A program made the position numbers and the translations under genes. Below the pieces are notes generated by a model. The model saw only the letters and a list, made by a program, of their open reading frames with translations. It was not told where the DNA came from and did not search any database. From Azolla caroliniana (lineage: Eukaryota > Plantae > Polypodiophyta): DNA of 64,000 nucleotides. Below are positions 1 through 14,700 of this stretch, piece by piece. The stretch's first letter is position 1. Every line of letters begins with the position of its first letter. The stretch is taken from assembly GCA_043228905.1 (NCBI GenBank), contig JBHGNT010000007.1, positions 7,378,001-7,442,000 on the forward strand, in the 5' to 3' direction.

Positions 1-1149
1 TAGCCTTCAGAATGTCATTTTAGAACTCACATAGGCTTGCCTACACATTCAAGAAACCACTAGAAAGTACAAAAGCTCTACATCCAATGTCACCCACTAA
101 GCACCGACCTCCGAGTGGCATGAGAATAAAGAAAAATGACAAAAAAATCAACCATAAACACAATATAGAAAGTCAACCCAACTCAAATAGAGATATCCAA
201 GCTAAAGGCACTCCATGCTACGCTAGAGTCATAACATGTAACGATGCAATCTTGATTAGAGAACCATTGGGAGGAGACAACACATACAAAACAAGTGGAG
301 AGATTCACCTAAATCAACTATTCATTGAGAAAGATCAATAATTTGAGGCATAGACAAAGTTGGATGTTGAACTCATGTAGAATTTTGCAAAATTAACCAT
401 AGACAATAACATCATTTCTTCAAACTCCATATTGGTGGTGGGCATCTAAGCACTAAGGGTATACATAGGGCCTCCTCATAACTATGGCCAAGCTTTTGGT
501 TTCTCCCCTCACTCGAGATGTCACTTGTCAACCACAAAAGGAGTTATTTATGACAATGACATATCATCACCTTAATGAATACGCAAGATTTATATAGTCC
601 TAGGGGTGAATACTAATTATTGTTACTTACACTATATCTTGTAGACACTATTCGTGAATGCCCGACAAGCTCATTGAACACTTGGGTGTGCAACCACCTT
701 GGTGCCTCCATTTCTTCAATGATCTTCACATTGATCACCAATTTAGATAATGGTTTGCAAGCCTCTACCCCAACACTCTCCCTCCTCAACTCCTTTAAAA
801 AATAAACACTCTTCCCCTTCTATGAAAAAGCCTTTCATATATTCCACTCCAACCCCCACCGACAACATCCATAACCAACCCCTATCATGCCTTTCCACCC
901 TTACCTTGGTAGACTAGGTTCACACAACAATGTCCAACATAGTACACCCAAGAGTCTGCACTAATTAGGTTAGGGGATGCTTAAGTACGTTTTGTATGCT
1001 TCACTATCTAACACTAATATTGGCATTGGTACCAAACATACAAGTATTAGTGCAAGAGAGTCGAAGTACTCCGGACCATACTAATCTAAAAAGGGGCAAA
1101 TCATTGTAAAAGACTACAAAGGAGATCCTCATGATTTTTCAATACTAAA

Positions 1150-1183
<34 letters not shown>

Positions 1184-1199
1184 CCTTGAGGGGTAAAGG

Positions 1200-2540
1200 T
1201 TTATAATGTTGTTGCATAGACTTCAAGAAAGCTTTGATATGGTACCTCTTGATAATCTTTAAAGGCGCATAGAAGAACTAGGGGTGCCAAATGAATATTT
1301 TCTTGCAACAACCTATTAATCAATGAGAGCATTATTTGTTGTGTTCTTATGTACAATGAAATTTCATATTTTTTCAATAGAGTTATTGGTGTTACACAAG
1401 GATGCCCACTCTCACCAACTCTATTTGGTCTATGCATTGATGAATAAGAACAACAATTGTCAAGTTTGTAAAGGAAGAATACATAGAAGAAGTTTCCATT
1501 GGGAATCCATTTATCATATGCTTTTGTTGTATGTGGATGATGTAGTGCTTTTTGCAAATACTTTAGGAAATGCACAAAAGCTTATGAGGGCATTGGAATA
1601 AATTTGCATGCATATTAAATTAAGTGTCAATAGCTCTAACAAAGATTGTACTTGTGACGAGCCCAAAAAAAGATAAATCATGTATTATGTACAATAATGA
1701 GCCGCTTGAATGTGTGGACATTCCTTTAAATCACAAATGAAATGAATGTATTATCCATTCTTAGAGGTGGGAAAGAGAGCATATGTTATGCTTAGAGGTG
1801 CCATCATGGAGAAATTAAGTGTTTCGTCCTCAAGAAATACCTTTCTAACCCTTTGTGGACACCGGTGCTTCTCTTGGTGGAAGTACGAGATGATTGCATT
1901 CCTAAGTCCACTTGGAAAGAGTTTGAAAATGTCCAAAAGCATTTTCTTACAAAGTTTGTCCAAGTAAAGAAACTAATGCAATACACCCTCCTAATTCTTG
2001 AGATGAGATCACTTCTCATATAAATCATGGCCATGGAAAGGGTTGTCGAATACATCCTTAATGTTAAAAAAAGTCCCTCATATTTACTTCCTTGAATCAC
2101 ATGGGAAGCAAGTAAAAAGATCCGAAAGACACATAAAAGCAAAATTGTTTGGTTGGATGCAAGATATAGAAAAATGGTTAAGTGCAAGATAGGATGGATG
2201 CACTTGCTTCATGATGCATCACTGTATTCCTCTATAAATGTGGCCTTTGTGTAATGCTAATGTATCATGACATGGGAAAAATGCGGAGGCTCATGCTTCA
2301 CACATTATACCATAAAACCATATCCTTCGCTTAAGAGGGAAACCGTACATATCAATACCACTGCCATTGTCTACCATCCAAACCATTTCTTCCATGCAAC
2401 TTAGGTCACACGCATTACAATGTGAGACAACACGTTGGGGCACAAGTGATGAGAGTAGTCAACTATGAACACTGCGCAAAACAAGTTTGGGAATTTGAGT
2501 ATCACACTTCGATACAATGCTCTGCATTTGATCACTGTTG
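1200..2540 (+). mobile_element. Decayed non-LTR retrotransposon (RTE-like LINE) RT and 3' region
   Basis: Fragment YVDDVVLFANTLGNAQKLMRALE (RT YADD motif) at about 1530-1600, with upstream VDFKKA..D; many stops and frameshifts; resembles the 53640-58930 LINE. Confidence 0.7.
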
Positions 2541-2749
2541 AGATATTAAGCTCAACTAGACTTAGTTATTTAGTCAAACATGTAACTTAGTAGTTACATA
2601 AATAGAATCTAGTTAGATTGTTACTTGTTTTGGGAGTTTGAGTATCACACATTGATACGATGCTCTGCATTTGATCACTGTTGAGATATCAAGCTCAACT
2701 AGACTTAGTTATTTAGTCAAACATGAGGGAATAAATAGAATCTAGTTAG
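2485..2749. repeat. Local direct duplication, period about 146 bp
   Basis: gtttgggaatttgagtatcacac...ttagtcaaacatg and aatagaatctagttag each occur twice. Confidence 0.7.
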
Positions 2750-3184
2750 TTACATCAAAACTCGAACCTCTGACTTTTAACACGCAATACATTGTGTAGT
2801 GTTAATTGTATAGAAACTCTTGTGAACTTTTAACACACACAATACATTTGAGAATATTCTAGTCGTTAGTATATTCTAGAATTATTCTGTGGTATATTCT
2901 AAATGAGTATATTCTAGAGATATTCTATCTCGGAAATTGTATAAATACTTGTAACATCCTTGGTCCCTTTCAAGGGATTCAACACCAGTCATTGACACAT
3001 CAATATGGTATTCTCGTTTCGCCTCATCTTTGTCTCCTTGATCTTTATTTCCGTTTTCATGCCTTCATGTCGCTCACAACATCTAGAGTTCCTAGCCTCG
3101 TCACATCTAGCTCCAAGTTCATCTGTCGCTTGTAGCCCCATCATCTGTGCTCCGTCCTAGTCCGCGCTTGGTGTGTCCATGACA
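2750..3184 (+). mobile_element. Solo LTR, chromovirus-type (element F)
   Basis: Flanked by GTTAG (2745-2749 and 3185-3189); ends CATGACA; TATAAATA at 2940; CAACACCAGTC motif and TTCTAG repeats as in the 37371 LTR. The 5' TG is degenerate. Confidence 0.65.
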
Positions 3185-3899
3185 GTTAGAGTGTTGACTA
3201 TAAAGTCTTAAATATGATTTTGTTCCTTATACTTAAGTGGGATACATTGTAGATCCCCCACAAGCAAATTCATTTAATATAGGATTTACACCCTTGTACA
3301 TATATTCTCCTCACACATGCACACCTTTGCACATGAGATGTATGTATACCTCATTATGGGTATTTTTGTGAATTGATGATGCTTATCAATATAGAGAAAG
3401 GTTTTTAAGCTACACTCTTGTTAATCATCCCCCATTTTGTTCATAAATGTAAATTCCTCTTTGAACTCTCTCTCTCTCTCTCTCACACACACACATTCAC
3501 ACACATATCACATAGTCTTCTGTTGCTTAATCACATACATGATTAACTACTCACATAATTAGATACTAATTAACCCTTAGTTATTTACCTAATTATTAAC
3601 AATCACATGCGCCTACGATTTCCACACATCTTCGAACAAACCAATCCTTGCACAAATTCTTGTCACAATTACAATGTGCGCTCTTGATTGCAATCTTCAT
3701 TGGTAAAGTTCTTGAACATTGAGAATCAATATTTTTTGTCTCATAGGTCATATTTGACCTTTGAAGATGATTATATCTATTCCCATGGTCCAATATTGAC
3801 CACTCTATAGACACTAAAAATATCTAATGTACTCTCCCTATCACTCTCTCTTTATTAATTGCATGTAAAACTCATTGCTACAACTTCTTAGCCTTCACT

Positions 3900-5489
3900 A
3901 TATATGTAGGTAGAGGGGGGACATCATGTAAAGCCATTAAAAACATGAATATGCATTTGAGAAAATATCCCCACATGCTCCAACATCCAAAAATTCCACA
4001 TGAGAATGTCTTTTAACACCTTAAGGGATCAAACATGAGAGAATTATACATATCCAAATGTGTTGCAAACCCCAATATTATAAAAATTGCAAACTCATCA
4101 TTTGGACCATTTTGAACATATTGAGCAAAAACCTATTGTTCAGGCATCAAAAAACAATAGGATAATGTTGAACAAATCTCTAATAAGTATTTCAAAATTA
4201 TATGAGTTATAGGGCATTTAATGAACCTATGTTTACTATCTTCCAATGGAATGGTGCAAAAGAAGGTGACCCCATTTCTCATGTCCTTAAGGTTGAACCT
4301 AATGGAAATCCATCAATCATGACTCGTTATATGAATACCTTACACAAAATGGAAAATGTGAATGTCAACCACATTGCAATATCCACCTTGCATTTCACTT
4401 AGATAAATTCCACACCTTGCATTATGAATACAATATATTTGTCGTGACTTGTAACAAGTGTGTACCATCCTGTAATCCTCAATCCACCCAAGGAGCACTA
4501 TTTGTTGTCATTGACAAGGATTCAAGCACAATGGTATATATTTTAAAATTTCCCAAATAAATCCATAATTTGGTGGATTACATAACTGTCATTTAGCATC
4601 TTCAAATTCCAATAACATGTGAGATTTAGTATCAACCACATCCTCCAATTCTACAACCCAAAATCAAAACAAACAATTGAATTGAGATCTCAACAATGTA
4701 ACAATTGACAGGAAATGAGCAATGTATTTTGTTAAACACTACAAATCTCTCAATTACTTGATGGTGCCCGCTCAAAAAGAGATAAGGCATCCTACCAAGA
4801 CCTAACCAATTGTTGAGCACATACACAATATTGAATCTTTAGAGGAATTCATCTATTAAGCAATGGCCACCACGATACTCAAATCTTAGTTTTTCCATGC
4901 ACGAACCTTTCATGCTCAATAAAATGTTGTGTCATAAATATTCATGGTTGATCTTGTTGACATATCTTGTAATAATGCAAATCTTGTTGGCCAACAAATG
5001 CATTTCCAAATTCAATATTTCAACACAACCTAACCATTTGGTGTAATCAAATGATCCCATAAAATCCATGTAGCTCCCATCTTTTCTCTCTTTCGCCACA
5101 CACAACATGAAACCAAGATGTTGCAACAATGTTTGTATTACCTTCTTAGTCCAAGGGAGCAATGGCTAAAATATAATAGCATGAATACCACAATACATTG
5201 CATCACTTTGAGTCACACATGAAATGGCTATACTTGAGACTTCCAATGAAAAAAATTGACCTTTAATTTACAAACCAATCAATCAGTTGAAAATTTGTAA
5301 ACATCAAGACTTAATGGATATCCCAAATATTGACAAATTTATCCTCACATATTCATTGGCCGTTGTTATCCCAAACATTCCAAATCACTCTTCATATAAC
5401 AAATCATGTGAAACTTCATTTATATGTAAACTTTGAAACCAAGGACAATATCCCAAACCTACATACTTTCAAGATTTTCTTTTGAGGCA
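3900..5489 (-). mobile_element. Decayed L1-type LINE ORF2 3' part
   Basis: Remnants ASKENL, YLGYPL, LLPWTKK and a (W..LT.PK.LG)..ILNLEMHLLA-like motif; cut at 5490 by an LTR. Confidence 0.6.
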
Positions 5490-6974
5490 TGTTCCTAATC
5501 CCTAGGAAACACGAGTCAGATACTCAATCATTGAGTACCCTTCACCAAAGATTGTGGTAGGACGGATGGGAATAAACACAGACTGCAATTGACAATTAAT
5601 GTTAGTTGGATTGAATATAACAATTTGGCTACAAAAACATAACAAAATTCGGTTAATACACACAGTCCGAATCGGGACAGTCTGAATCGGCTAAACCGTC
5701 GATCGGTCAATAATCGCTTAGTAATCCAAGGATTGTTTCGGAATTAACATACAAAGATTAATAACAACAGGGTATTGTATGCACAAAACTCATATGTCTA
5801 TTACGCTTCATCCACATACAACTTCATACAAGATTCATGCCCCTTTTTATAGGTAAGCATGTGATGATACTAACGCCGAATCAAATTGGCATATACTTCC
5901 AAATCATATATCTTTATCAAGAATCATAACTATTCAAACCTAATCTAAAACATCACTTCTAATAATTTAATTACAATAATATATCGGCTTTATTAATAGC
6001 TGGCTTCACACCCTTAGCTGGTCAGTTTGATCTGGTCAGTTTGATTCAGGTCGTCATAATCTACTTCGGCTCTTTTCACACTCTAACTGGCTATAGTTGT
6101 TCTGGTCTCGCTCCTCCTCAGCTTCCCGCTTCTAAGGGTAACACATGGCACACTCGTGGGATAGTGCCTTGCATGATGAACCCACAAAATTGCCCTCAGC
6201 TTTCTTCCAAAATATTCACTATTCTTGGCTCCGACTCCTTGGTTCCACTAGTGGTCGTTGACTCCCCTTCTTCTTCGGTTTAGATCAGCTCTTCTTCAGC
6301 GTCTCCTTCTTCGGCTCCCTATTCCGGCTACTCTTCCTCCAACCTCTTGATCAGCTGGTCCACTTGTTCCATTAGTTCCTCGAGTTCAATATTCGGGATG
6401 TCCTGCTCTTCCCTTATCAGTTGTGTTGGTTCCGAGTGCATTTCCTCTGCTTCTCCAAGTGGCTGTTGTTGTTCATCGATTCCTTGCTTAGCTTGCCTTT
6501 CCCCCTTATCCTCAACAATCAGGTCTTCCTTCTCACTGATTAGTACTTTCTCGGGTTGGTCTTGTTAGAAGTTATAATTAACTAATTAGATGTCAGTAAG
6601 CAACTACTTAGTTAATTACTAAATATAACCCCACACCCCAAGTTATTATTAGTAAAAGGAAACAGTTTCACATTAGTTGTATTTCAGTTTTCTTATTAGG
6701 TTTATTTCAGTTTTTGTATTTCAAATGCTTACCTCTTTTTTTTTCCCTCCACTTCCTCTGCTATATAAAGAGGAAGCTGGGGAACCTGTTTGGTGTGCTC
6801 TGCATCCTTGCATCCTTTAGCCATCTCTCTCAGTTGTATTACCAACTTGTTTTTGTTAATCAAATTTTTGATTTGCATTCCAAGTTGTTCCATCATTTGT
6901 GTTTGCCTAACCTTGTACCCTGTGTCAAAATCCTAACATGGTATCAGAGCATCAGTAGTACGATACCTAGAAAT

Positions 6975-7595
6975 TGTTGGGAGACAGGTCCCTCTGGATG
7001 GGAAGGGAGAAGAACAGTGGGATGGGAACCGGATGAGGAGTACCCGGCTACGGAGAGCCGGATGGTACAGACCCGGTGAAGACCGGATGAGGAGTAGCCG
7101 GCTACGGAGAGCCGGATGGTGCAGACCCGGTGAGAACCGGATGAAGAGACATATTCGTAAATATGTTTCTGAGAATCCATCATGGCTATATTTGTAAATA
7201 GCCGAAAAGTCATATTAGTATAAATATGACTTAGGGCAAACTTTTAGAGTGTTGTTGTCATTTTTCTTGTTGGTGCAAGAAAAGAGGGAGTGTGTAACTG
7301 TGTACAGTGAGAGAGAGAGAGAAAGAGGATGTTGCTTCTGTTGTAACCGCCGCCTATGGCGAAGATCGTGAGCACGAGGTCGTTGCCTCCGTGAACTCAC
7401 TGTTGTACATTCTAACATAGTGATAGTTTGCAACTTGTGGGCTGCCGTGGTTTTTCCCTCTCTCGGTTTTCCACGTAAACATCATGTGTACTCTTCTCTT
7501 CTTCGTGTCGTGCTTTTATTTCCTGTTTTTCCGTGTATGATTTTAAGCTCGGTTGTGGCCGAGCATTGCGCATAAGGAGCGTTGAGTTCCCGTCA
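6975..7595 (+). mobile_element. Solo LTR inserted just downstream of the Copia A PBS
   Basis: TGTTGGGA...TTCCCGTCA ends; TSD GAAAT (6970-6974, 7596-7600); TATAAATA at about 7219; 54-bp tandem repeats at 7028-7148. Confidence 0.9.
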
Positions 7596-10500
7596 GAAAT
7601 ATATCACCCGCTCCATACTCTATTTTTGTTGTTCAAATATATATATAAATATATATATACATAGCAAAAGACAACCACCTCAGCATTATGGCAAGCTCCC
7701 CTCAAACAAGGAAATACTCGGTAGATAAACGTACCACAAAGAACTACAGAATTTGGAAACCAAGGATGGAGCTACTACTTGATCTAGAGGAGCTACTTGA
7801 AGTCACTACCGGAACCTGTCAAGCACCGAAAAAGACACAATCAGAAGCATGGAAAGATTGGAAAAACAAAGACAAAAGGGCAAAGCTCAAAATACTACTA
7901 CATGTAGAAGACAAGCAAGCCGATGCCATTGGAAAACTCGCAACTGTAGCAGAAATGTGGTCCAAACTAAAGCAAATGTTGAACCACAAGATGGTACTAC
8001 TAGAATCCATACTCTTGCTACCCTATTTCACATGTGTGTTTTGCAGGAAGATGAAGATGTTCTTACCTTCTTGGATACCTGGGAGACATATCTCGAAGAA
8101 GCCACCACTGCAGGAAATGAAATCTCAGAAGAAATGAAGATTGGGTTGTTATTGAGTAAACTTCCAGAATCCTGGAGTACATTTTTCACCGTGAATAGCC
8201 AAGGTAATTCTTTGTCTTATTTGATTACCAAGATCCGCCATGAAAAACTTCGGCGGCAATTAAAAGAATCCACTCCATCTTTGGCAATGACTGCATCATT
8301 TAGCAAAACACAAAAATCACCTTATAGTAATAGATATAGAGCTAAATTAGATGCTTATAGAAGTGCAAAAATATCGAGTACCAACAAGGTAAATGATGCT
8401 TGGAAAGCTTCAACAAATCAGTCCAATGGTGGTTTCAAATTGATTTGCAAATACTGTAAGAAAGAAGGGCATACAGAAAAGGTGTGTCGATTCAAGCAAG
8501 CTGTGGAAAACAAAAGACAATCACAAGCAAATAATGCAACATTAGAAGAAAAATCAAACTCGAAGTCAGAAGAATGCATAGAATTTGGAGGAGATTCGGA
8601 TGAAATACCAGAAGATGACAATATTTTGCAAGCATATCATGTCACTACAGAAGAGACAAAAACTGAACATGATACATGGTACCTAGACACTGGAGCTACA
8701 CATCACCTCACATATCGGAAGGACTGGTTAAATTTCTATCAGATTCTGTCCAATCCACTATCAGTTACTTTTGGAGACAACCGACGGAAAACAACAATCA
8801 GCAAAGGAAGGATTCAACTCAGATTGTCAGATAATCACGAGATTACAGTACCAAATGTCTATTATGTACCAGGACTAGCTAAGCACCTGTTATCAGTTGG
8901 ACAAGCAACTGTAGACGGACTAATAATACAATTCTGTAAAGAGAAAGCAATTCTATTTTTCAAAAATGGAAACACAAGTACACAGTTGGTGTGTCCCAAG
9001 GAGAAGCACTTATATCCAATACGGTGTCATCCTCCAAATGCATTCTCAACAGTCCTGCAAAATCACAAGAAAAGATCTTCACTAACTCAATTATGGCATT
9101 GCCGACTTGAGCATGTACACTATCAAGCACTACAACAATGTCAACAACAAAAAAGAGTTCAAGGGTTGCCATCCAAAATCTTCAATTCAGAATTCATGTG
9201 TGAAAGCTGTCTATTTGGAAAAATGACATACCAACCATTTACAGACAGTTGTACAACAACAAAGCATCTACTTCAACTCATCCATACAGATCTATGTGGA
9301 GCATTCCCAATACCATCCTTATTAGATGCAAGGTATTTCATTTCGTTCATAGATCATACTACTAGATTCACAGTTGTAAGCTTTATTAAGAAAAAAAATC
9401 AAGCATTTGCAGCATTTTGCAAGTATAAAAAATATGCAGAAAAACAAACATCAAGCACCATCAAGATACTTCACATCGACAATGGAGGGGAATATATCTC
9501 TCATGAATGGGAAAAGTTTTGTCAAGAAAATGGTATACTTCACTAGAAAACGGTCCTGTACACACCACAACAGAATGGTGTGGCAGAAAGGAAAACTAGA
9601 ACATTGCTTAATGCAGCCCGCTGCATGCTGAAAACTAGCCACATGGAGCAACATTTTTGGGAGGAGGCAATCTCCACTGCTTGCTACCTGCAAAATAGAT
9701 TTTCACACAGTGCATTAGGAAATGCAATCCCTTTTACATTATGGTATGGCTATCCACCTAATGTTTCTCATCTTAAAGTATTTGGTGTTGTTGCCTATGT
9801 GTATGTCCATGAGCACCACATATCCAAACTAGATGATCAGTGTTTCAAAGAAAGATTCATTGGATATGGTGACTCCAATGGCATGAAAGCATACAAAATC
9901 TACAACTCACAAATTGGTAAGGTGGTATATAGTAGATCTGTTAAATTTGATGAAGATTGGTTATTTGATGAAGGTAAATCATCATCCAGAACCTTACATA
10001 TGGATGGTGGAGCATCTATACAAGAATTACAACCTGATGCTGCTGAAGGAGATACAACAATTAAGGATGCTCAAAGAATCAAAATGAATACAAGATCATA
10101 TGGGAAGGGATTCATACTTGGGAAGCAAGCAGCACATGCTCGGGCAAACTCACCACCTTGCTCACGATCGATATCTACTACAACAGAAACATCAACACAA
10201 GATCGTACAAAGAAAGGGAAAACTCGGTCTCTACACGAAATCTATGATGCTACAAATATGATAGAGAACTGCTTCATATCTATTGTAGATTCATATGTTT
10301 CTGCATTACATTCATATGTTACAGACGATACAGTTGCATTTGTTCCTATACTTACATTGAGACGGGTTCTACAAAGCCCAGACAAATACAAATGGTTGGA
10401 GGCAGTACAAGTTGAGGTTGATGCACTATACAAGGATCACACATGGACAGTTGTCCAAAAGCCGCCTAACTCAAATGTAGTAAGCTGTAAATGGTTGTTT

Positions 10501-11618
10501 ACAAAGAAATATGATGCCCATGGGAATATTCGCTTTAAGGCATGACTTGTCGCAAGGGGTTTCACTCAAATTCCCGGTGTGGATTATCATGAGACTTTTT
10601 CTCCTACACTCAAACTCACCTCTCTCCGTCTTATTTTTGCAATCACTGCCTACTTAAATTTGGAATTGCATCATGTTGATATTGAGACAACTTTCTTACA
10701 TGGAGATTTGAAGGAAGAAATCTTCATGGAGCAACCACAACTCTTGAAGGATGAATCAAACCCCAACTATGTCTGCAAATTGCATAAACCATTATATGGT
10801 TAAAGCAGTCTCCCAGGCAATGGTATGCAAAACTTCATAGATTTCTTCTCACAAATAGTTTTGTTCAATTACAGTTCGAGCCAACTTTGTATGTTCGAAA
10901 GAAAGATCGCAATTTTCTTCTTTTGGGTGTCTATGTGGATGACCTTCCTAATGTTGGCACCTCTAAGGCCGACATTCTTCAATTTGTCAACGACTTACAA
11001 CAAACTTTTCCCACCAAACATCTTGGTGAGCTAGAATATTTCCTTGGACTGGAGGTCAACCGGAATCGAAGTATTGGCACTCTATCGGTATCTCAATGCA
11101 AACTAGTTGACAACATCTTGCATTAATATGATATGATGACTTGTTCTCCAGTTGCCACTCCTCTCACAGTCCCTTGTCATCTCTCCACCTCTGAGTCTCC
11201 CTCTACAAATGAAGAAGAATCCTTCATGCAAAGTATACCCTACCACCATATTCAAGGTAGTTTAAGATACTTGGTGAGCTGCACTCGGCTAGACCTATCC
11301 TATTCTACGGGATTCTTATCTAGGTTTATGGAGAACCCTGGCCCTCGTCATTGGGAAGCTTTGAAACGTGTCCTCCGCTACTTGAAATATTCAAGAGATA
11401 TGACACTAACCTATAAAGCCTTATCTCCCTCCTCTAAACGAGACATGGTGGTCCTTCAAGGTTGGACAGATGCGGATTGGGGAGATGACAGGGACACATC
11501 TCGGTCTACATCTAGTTTTGTTTTCACTTTTGCTGGTGGTGCCATTACATGGAGGACCAAGAAATAAGCTATCGTGGCACTATCTTCCACCGAAGCTGAA
11601 TATATTGCGGCTACTTTG

Positions 11619-11706
11619 TGTTGGAGACAAGGTCGTCTATGCGGAAGATCAAGAAGCATTCGATTCTGTTCTGTACCTGCGTATGACAGTTTCTAGGTCG
11701 TTGCAC

Positions 11707-11745
<39 letters not shown>

Positions 11746-14700
11746 CACAAAACGACTCTTTCTATTCCATAAAGCAATAATACAACCCCCAACCTTACAA
11801 AAAGGTTACAAGGTCACTATATATAGTGACAGACTTAGGGCATCTACCATTTATGCTAATTACACAAATGGCCCAAACTTGATCTATACAAAGGGATAGT
11901 GTGAATATGTCCATTATACACTTGTATTCGACACTCCCCCGTAATGGGCGTATACATGGGTTATCTAAGATTACAGGCATAAACCTAGGTTCTCAGACAT
12001 ATCAGTTTTGTTCGAGTCGGCAGGGTCCGAAGGCAGAAGACCGAACTGGTCGGGTCGGAAGAGTTGAAGCCGATCATTAAGGAACTGATGTCGGTTGTCG
12101 GAAACCATCCTGCGATGTGTCCAGCTCTAACCGGACTGGTTTGTCGTTACGCCCATCTGATGCCGAAGGGACCGAAAGCGGTCTGCCGAAAGACACTTGG
12201 TCATTCCATCTGCGACATTGTCGGTTGTGGATATTTTCTCTAGACCGATTTTCCCTGAAATGACGCAGTCCCGAACGAAGTGATATCGAACGTCGATATG
12301 TTTGGAGGCGTTGTGGTGAACTGGATTTTTCGACAAGGCAACAGCACCTTGACTGTCGCTATAGACAACTGGGGCCGAGTCATGGTCGACTTGTCGAAAC
12401 GTGTGCGCCAGCCGGCCGAGCCACAAAGCTTCTTTTGCAGCGTCGGACGCAGCTACATATTCTGCTTCGGTCGTTGAGGTCGCTGTGCACTCCTGAAGTT
12501 TCGACTTCCACGAAATTGCTCCATTGCCGAATTTGAAGCAGTATCCAGTTGTTGATTTCCGACTGTCTATACAGCCGGCGAAGTCCGAGTCGGTGTAACC
12601 GACTACGCCTGTAGTTGAGTTCGGAGCGAAAAGAATGCCGTGGTCTTTTGTGCCAGCCAGATATTTGAACACATGCTTGACTGCGTTCCAATGCGATCGG
12701 CCAGGATTGTGCATAAATCTGCTAACGACTCCTACGGCATGAGAAATATCAGGCCGTGTCGCGACCATCAGGTACATAAGGGAGCCGACTGCCGGTGCAT
12801 ACGGTACCGACTTCATATCTTCCCCCTCCGGACCGGATGTCGGGCAGTCTCGCTGAGAGAGCCGAAGATTCATGGGGAGCGGGGTTGAAGCAGATTTGGC
12901 TGATTGCATGTTGAAGCGTTCCAAGACACGTCCGATATAGTCGGTTTGAGACAAAAAAAGATGTCGTTGATCGCGATGCCGACTAATCTTCATGCCAAGT
13001 ATGTGTCGTGCCGGACCGAGGTCCTTCATGGCAAACTTCAACCGCAGTTGCCGAATGAGATCGGCAAGTTCGCCCGCGTGGCGTCCAGAAATTAGCATGT
13101 CGTCCACGTAAATGATGAGGAAGATGGGTGATCCATCTTGAGCTGTGTTGGTAAAAAAACAATGGTCCTCATCGCTTTTTGAGAAGCCGATCGATTGGAT
13201 GAAGTCGTCGAACTTCTTGTACCATTGTCGCGGTGCCTATTTGAGGCCGTATAGACTCTTCCTGAGTCGGCAGACTAGATGTTCTTGGCCAGTTGCCACG
13301 AAGCCTTTTGGCTGCTCCATATAAATTTCCTCTTCAAGATCACCATGGAGGAATGCTGTTTTGACATCTAGCTGAATCAGCTCCAAGTTGTCGGCTGCCA
13401 CTACGCCGAGTAGAAAACGAAGGGTTGTCATTTTCACCACTGGTGAAAAAATCTCGTCGAAGTCGACGCCATATTCTTGTCGGAAGCCCTTCGCAACTAA
13501 TCTGGCCTTGTACTTTGGGGTGGTCGAATCAGACGTCTCTTTTAGTCGATAAACCCACTTGCAAGGAAGAGCACGTCGGTTCCTAGGTAATTCGACCAGA
13601 TCCCAAGTCTTGTTTGCCCGAATGGAGTGCATTTCCGACTCCATCGCCAGATGCCAGGTGGCGGAATCGACAGATGTCGATGCTTCTTCGTAAGACGTCG
13701 GTTCGCCGGCGTCGGTGAAGAAAATTCCAGGAGAATACCTCTCCGGAGGTTGCGACAGTCTCTCGGATCGTCGAGGTATGATTGGACTGGTCGCATCGGG
13801 TATCGAGGTCGGATGGTCCGAAAGCTGCTGTGCCGAGTCAGAGTTGTCTGAATCGGTAGTGTAAGGTTCAACTACCCGTGAAGCTGACCGTGTGTTAAGA
13901 GCGGGGCCTTCTTGAAGGGTCGGCACATCGGAAAATGTTACCCTTCGGACTTCGATCGGTGTTTTGACTGATGGATTCATAGCCGACTCGTTGAACACAA
14001 CGTCCGAACTTCGGACGATTTGTCTGCGTTCGGGGTCCCAGAGTCGGTATCCCATTTCGCCGTCGGATCCATATCCAAGGAAAATGCATTTCCTGGACCG
14101 AGGTGCAAGTTTTCGGCGATCATCTTTCGGAATAAGGGCGTACGCCTCGCATCCGAAGATCCTCAGCTTGTCGTAATTCGGCTTACTGCCGATCCATAGT
14201 TCCTGAGGAATTTGAAGTCCTAGAGGTCTGCTTGGCGACATATTGATTATGTGTACTGCCGTGAGTAGAGCCTCTGCCCAGAAGCCATCTGACAGTCCGG
14301 AGTGTTGGAGCATGGAAACTATCCGTTCTTGGATTGTCCGATTCATGCGTTCAACAATCCCGTTTTGCTCCGGACTGTGTGGTGCCGTAAATTCACGTCG
14401 GATGCCGCGTTGTCGGCAGAATTTGACGAATTCTTCTGATTTGAACTCTCCCCCATTGTCGGTCCGAAAGCATTTCAGTTTTCGGTCGGTTTGATTTTCT
14501 ACCATAGCGAGCCAATCGGAGAAGATCGAGAAGACACGATCTTTGGTGCGAATTGGATAAGCCCACACCTTTCGAGTCGAATCGTCAATAAAACTGACGA
14601 AGTAAGAGGCACCGCCGAGAGACTGATGCGGCATTGGGCCACAGACGTCCGAGTGGACCAAATCGAGAGGTCTCGTTTCTCTTGGTGTTGATGTCGGGTG

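Noticed and set aside
1-1150. Short ORFs 87-341 and 620-805 as genes
   Set aside because: No motifs; probably a decayed minus-strand LINE 5' region, which I cannot support firmly.
7028-7148. 54-bp repeats as a CRISPR-like array
   Set aside because: Head-to-tail repeats with no unique spacers, inside a solo LTR in eukaryotic DNA.
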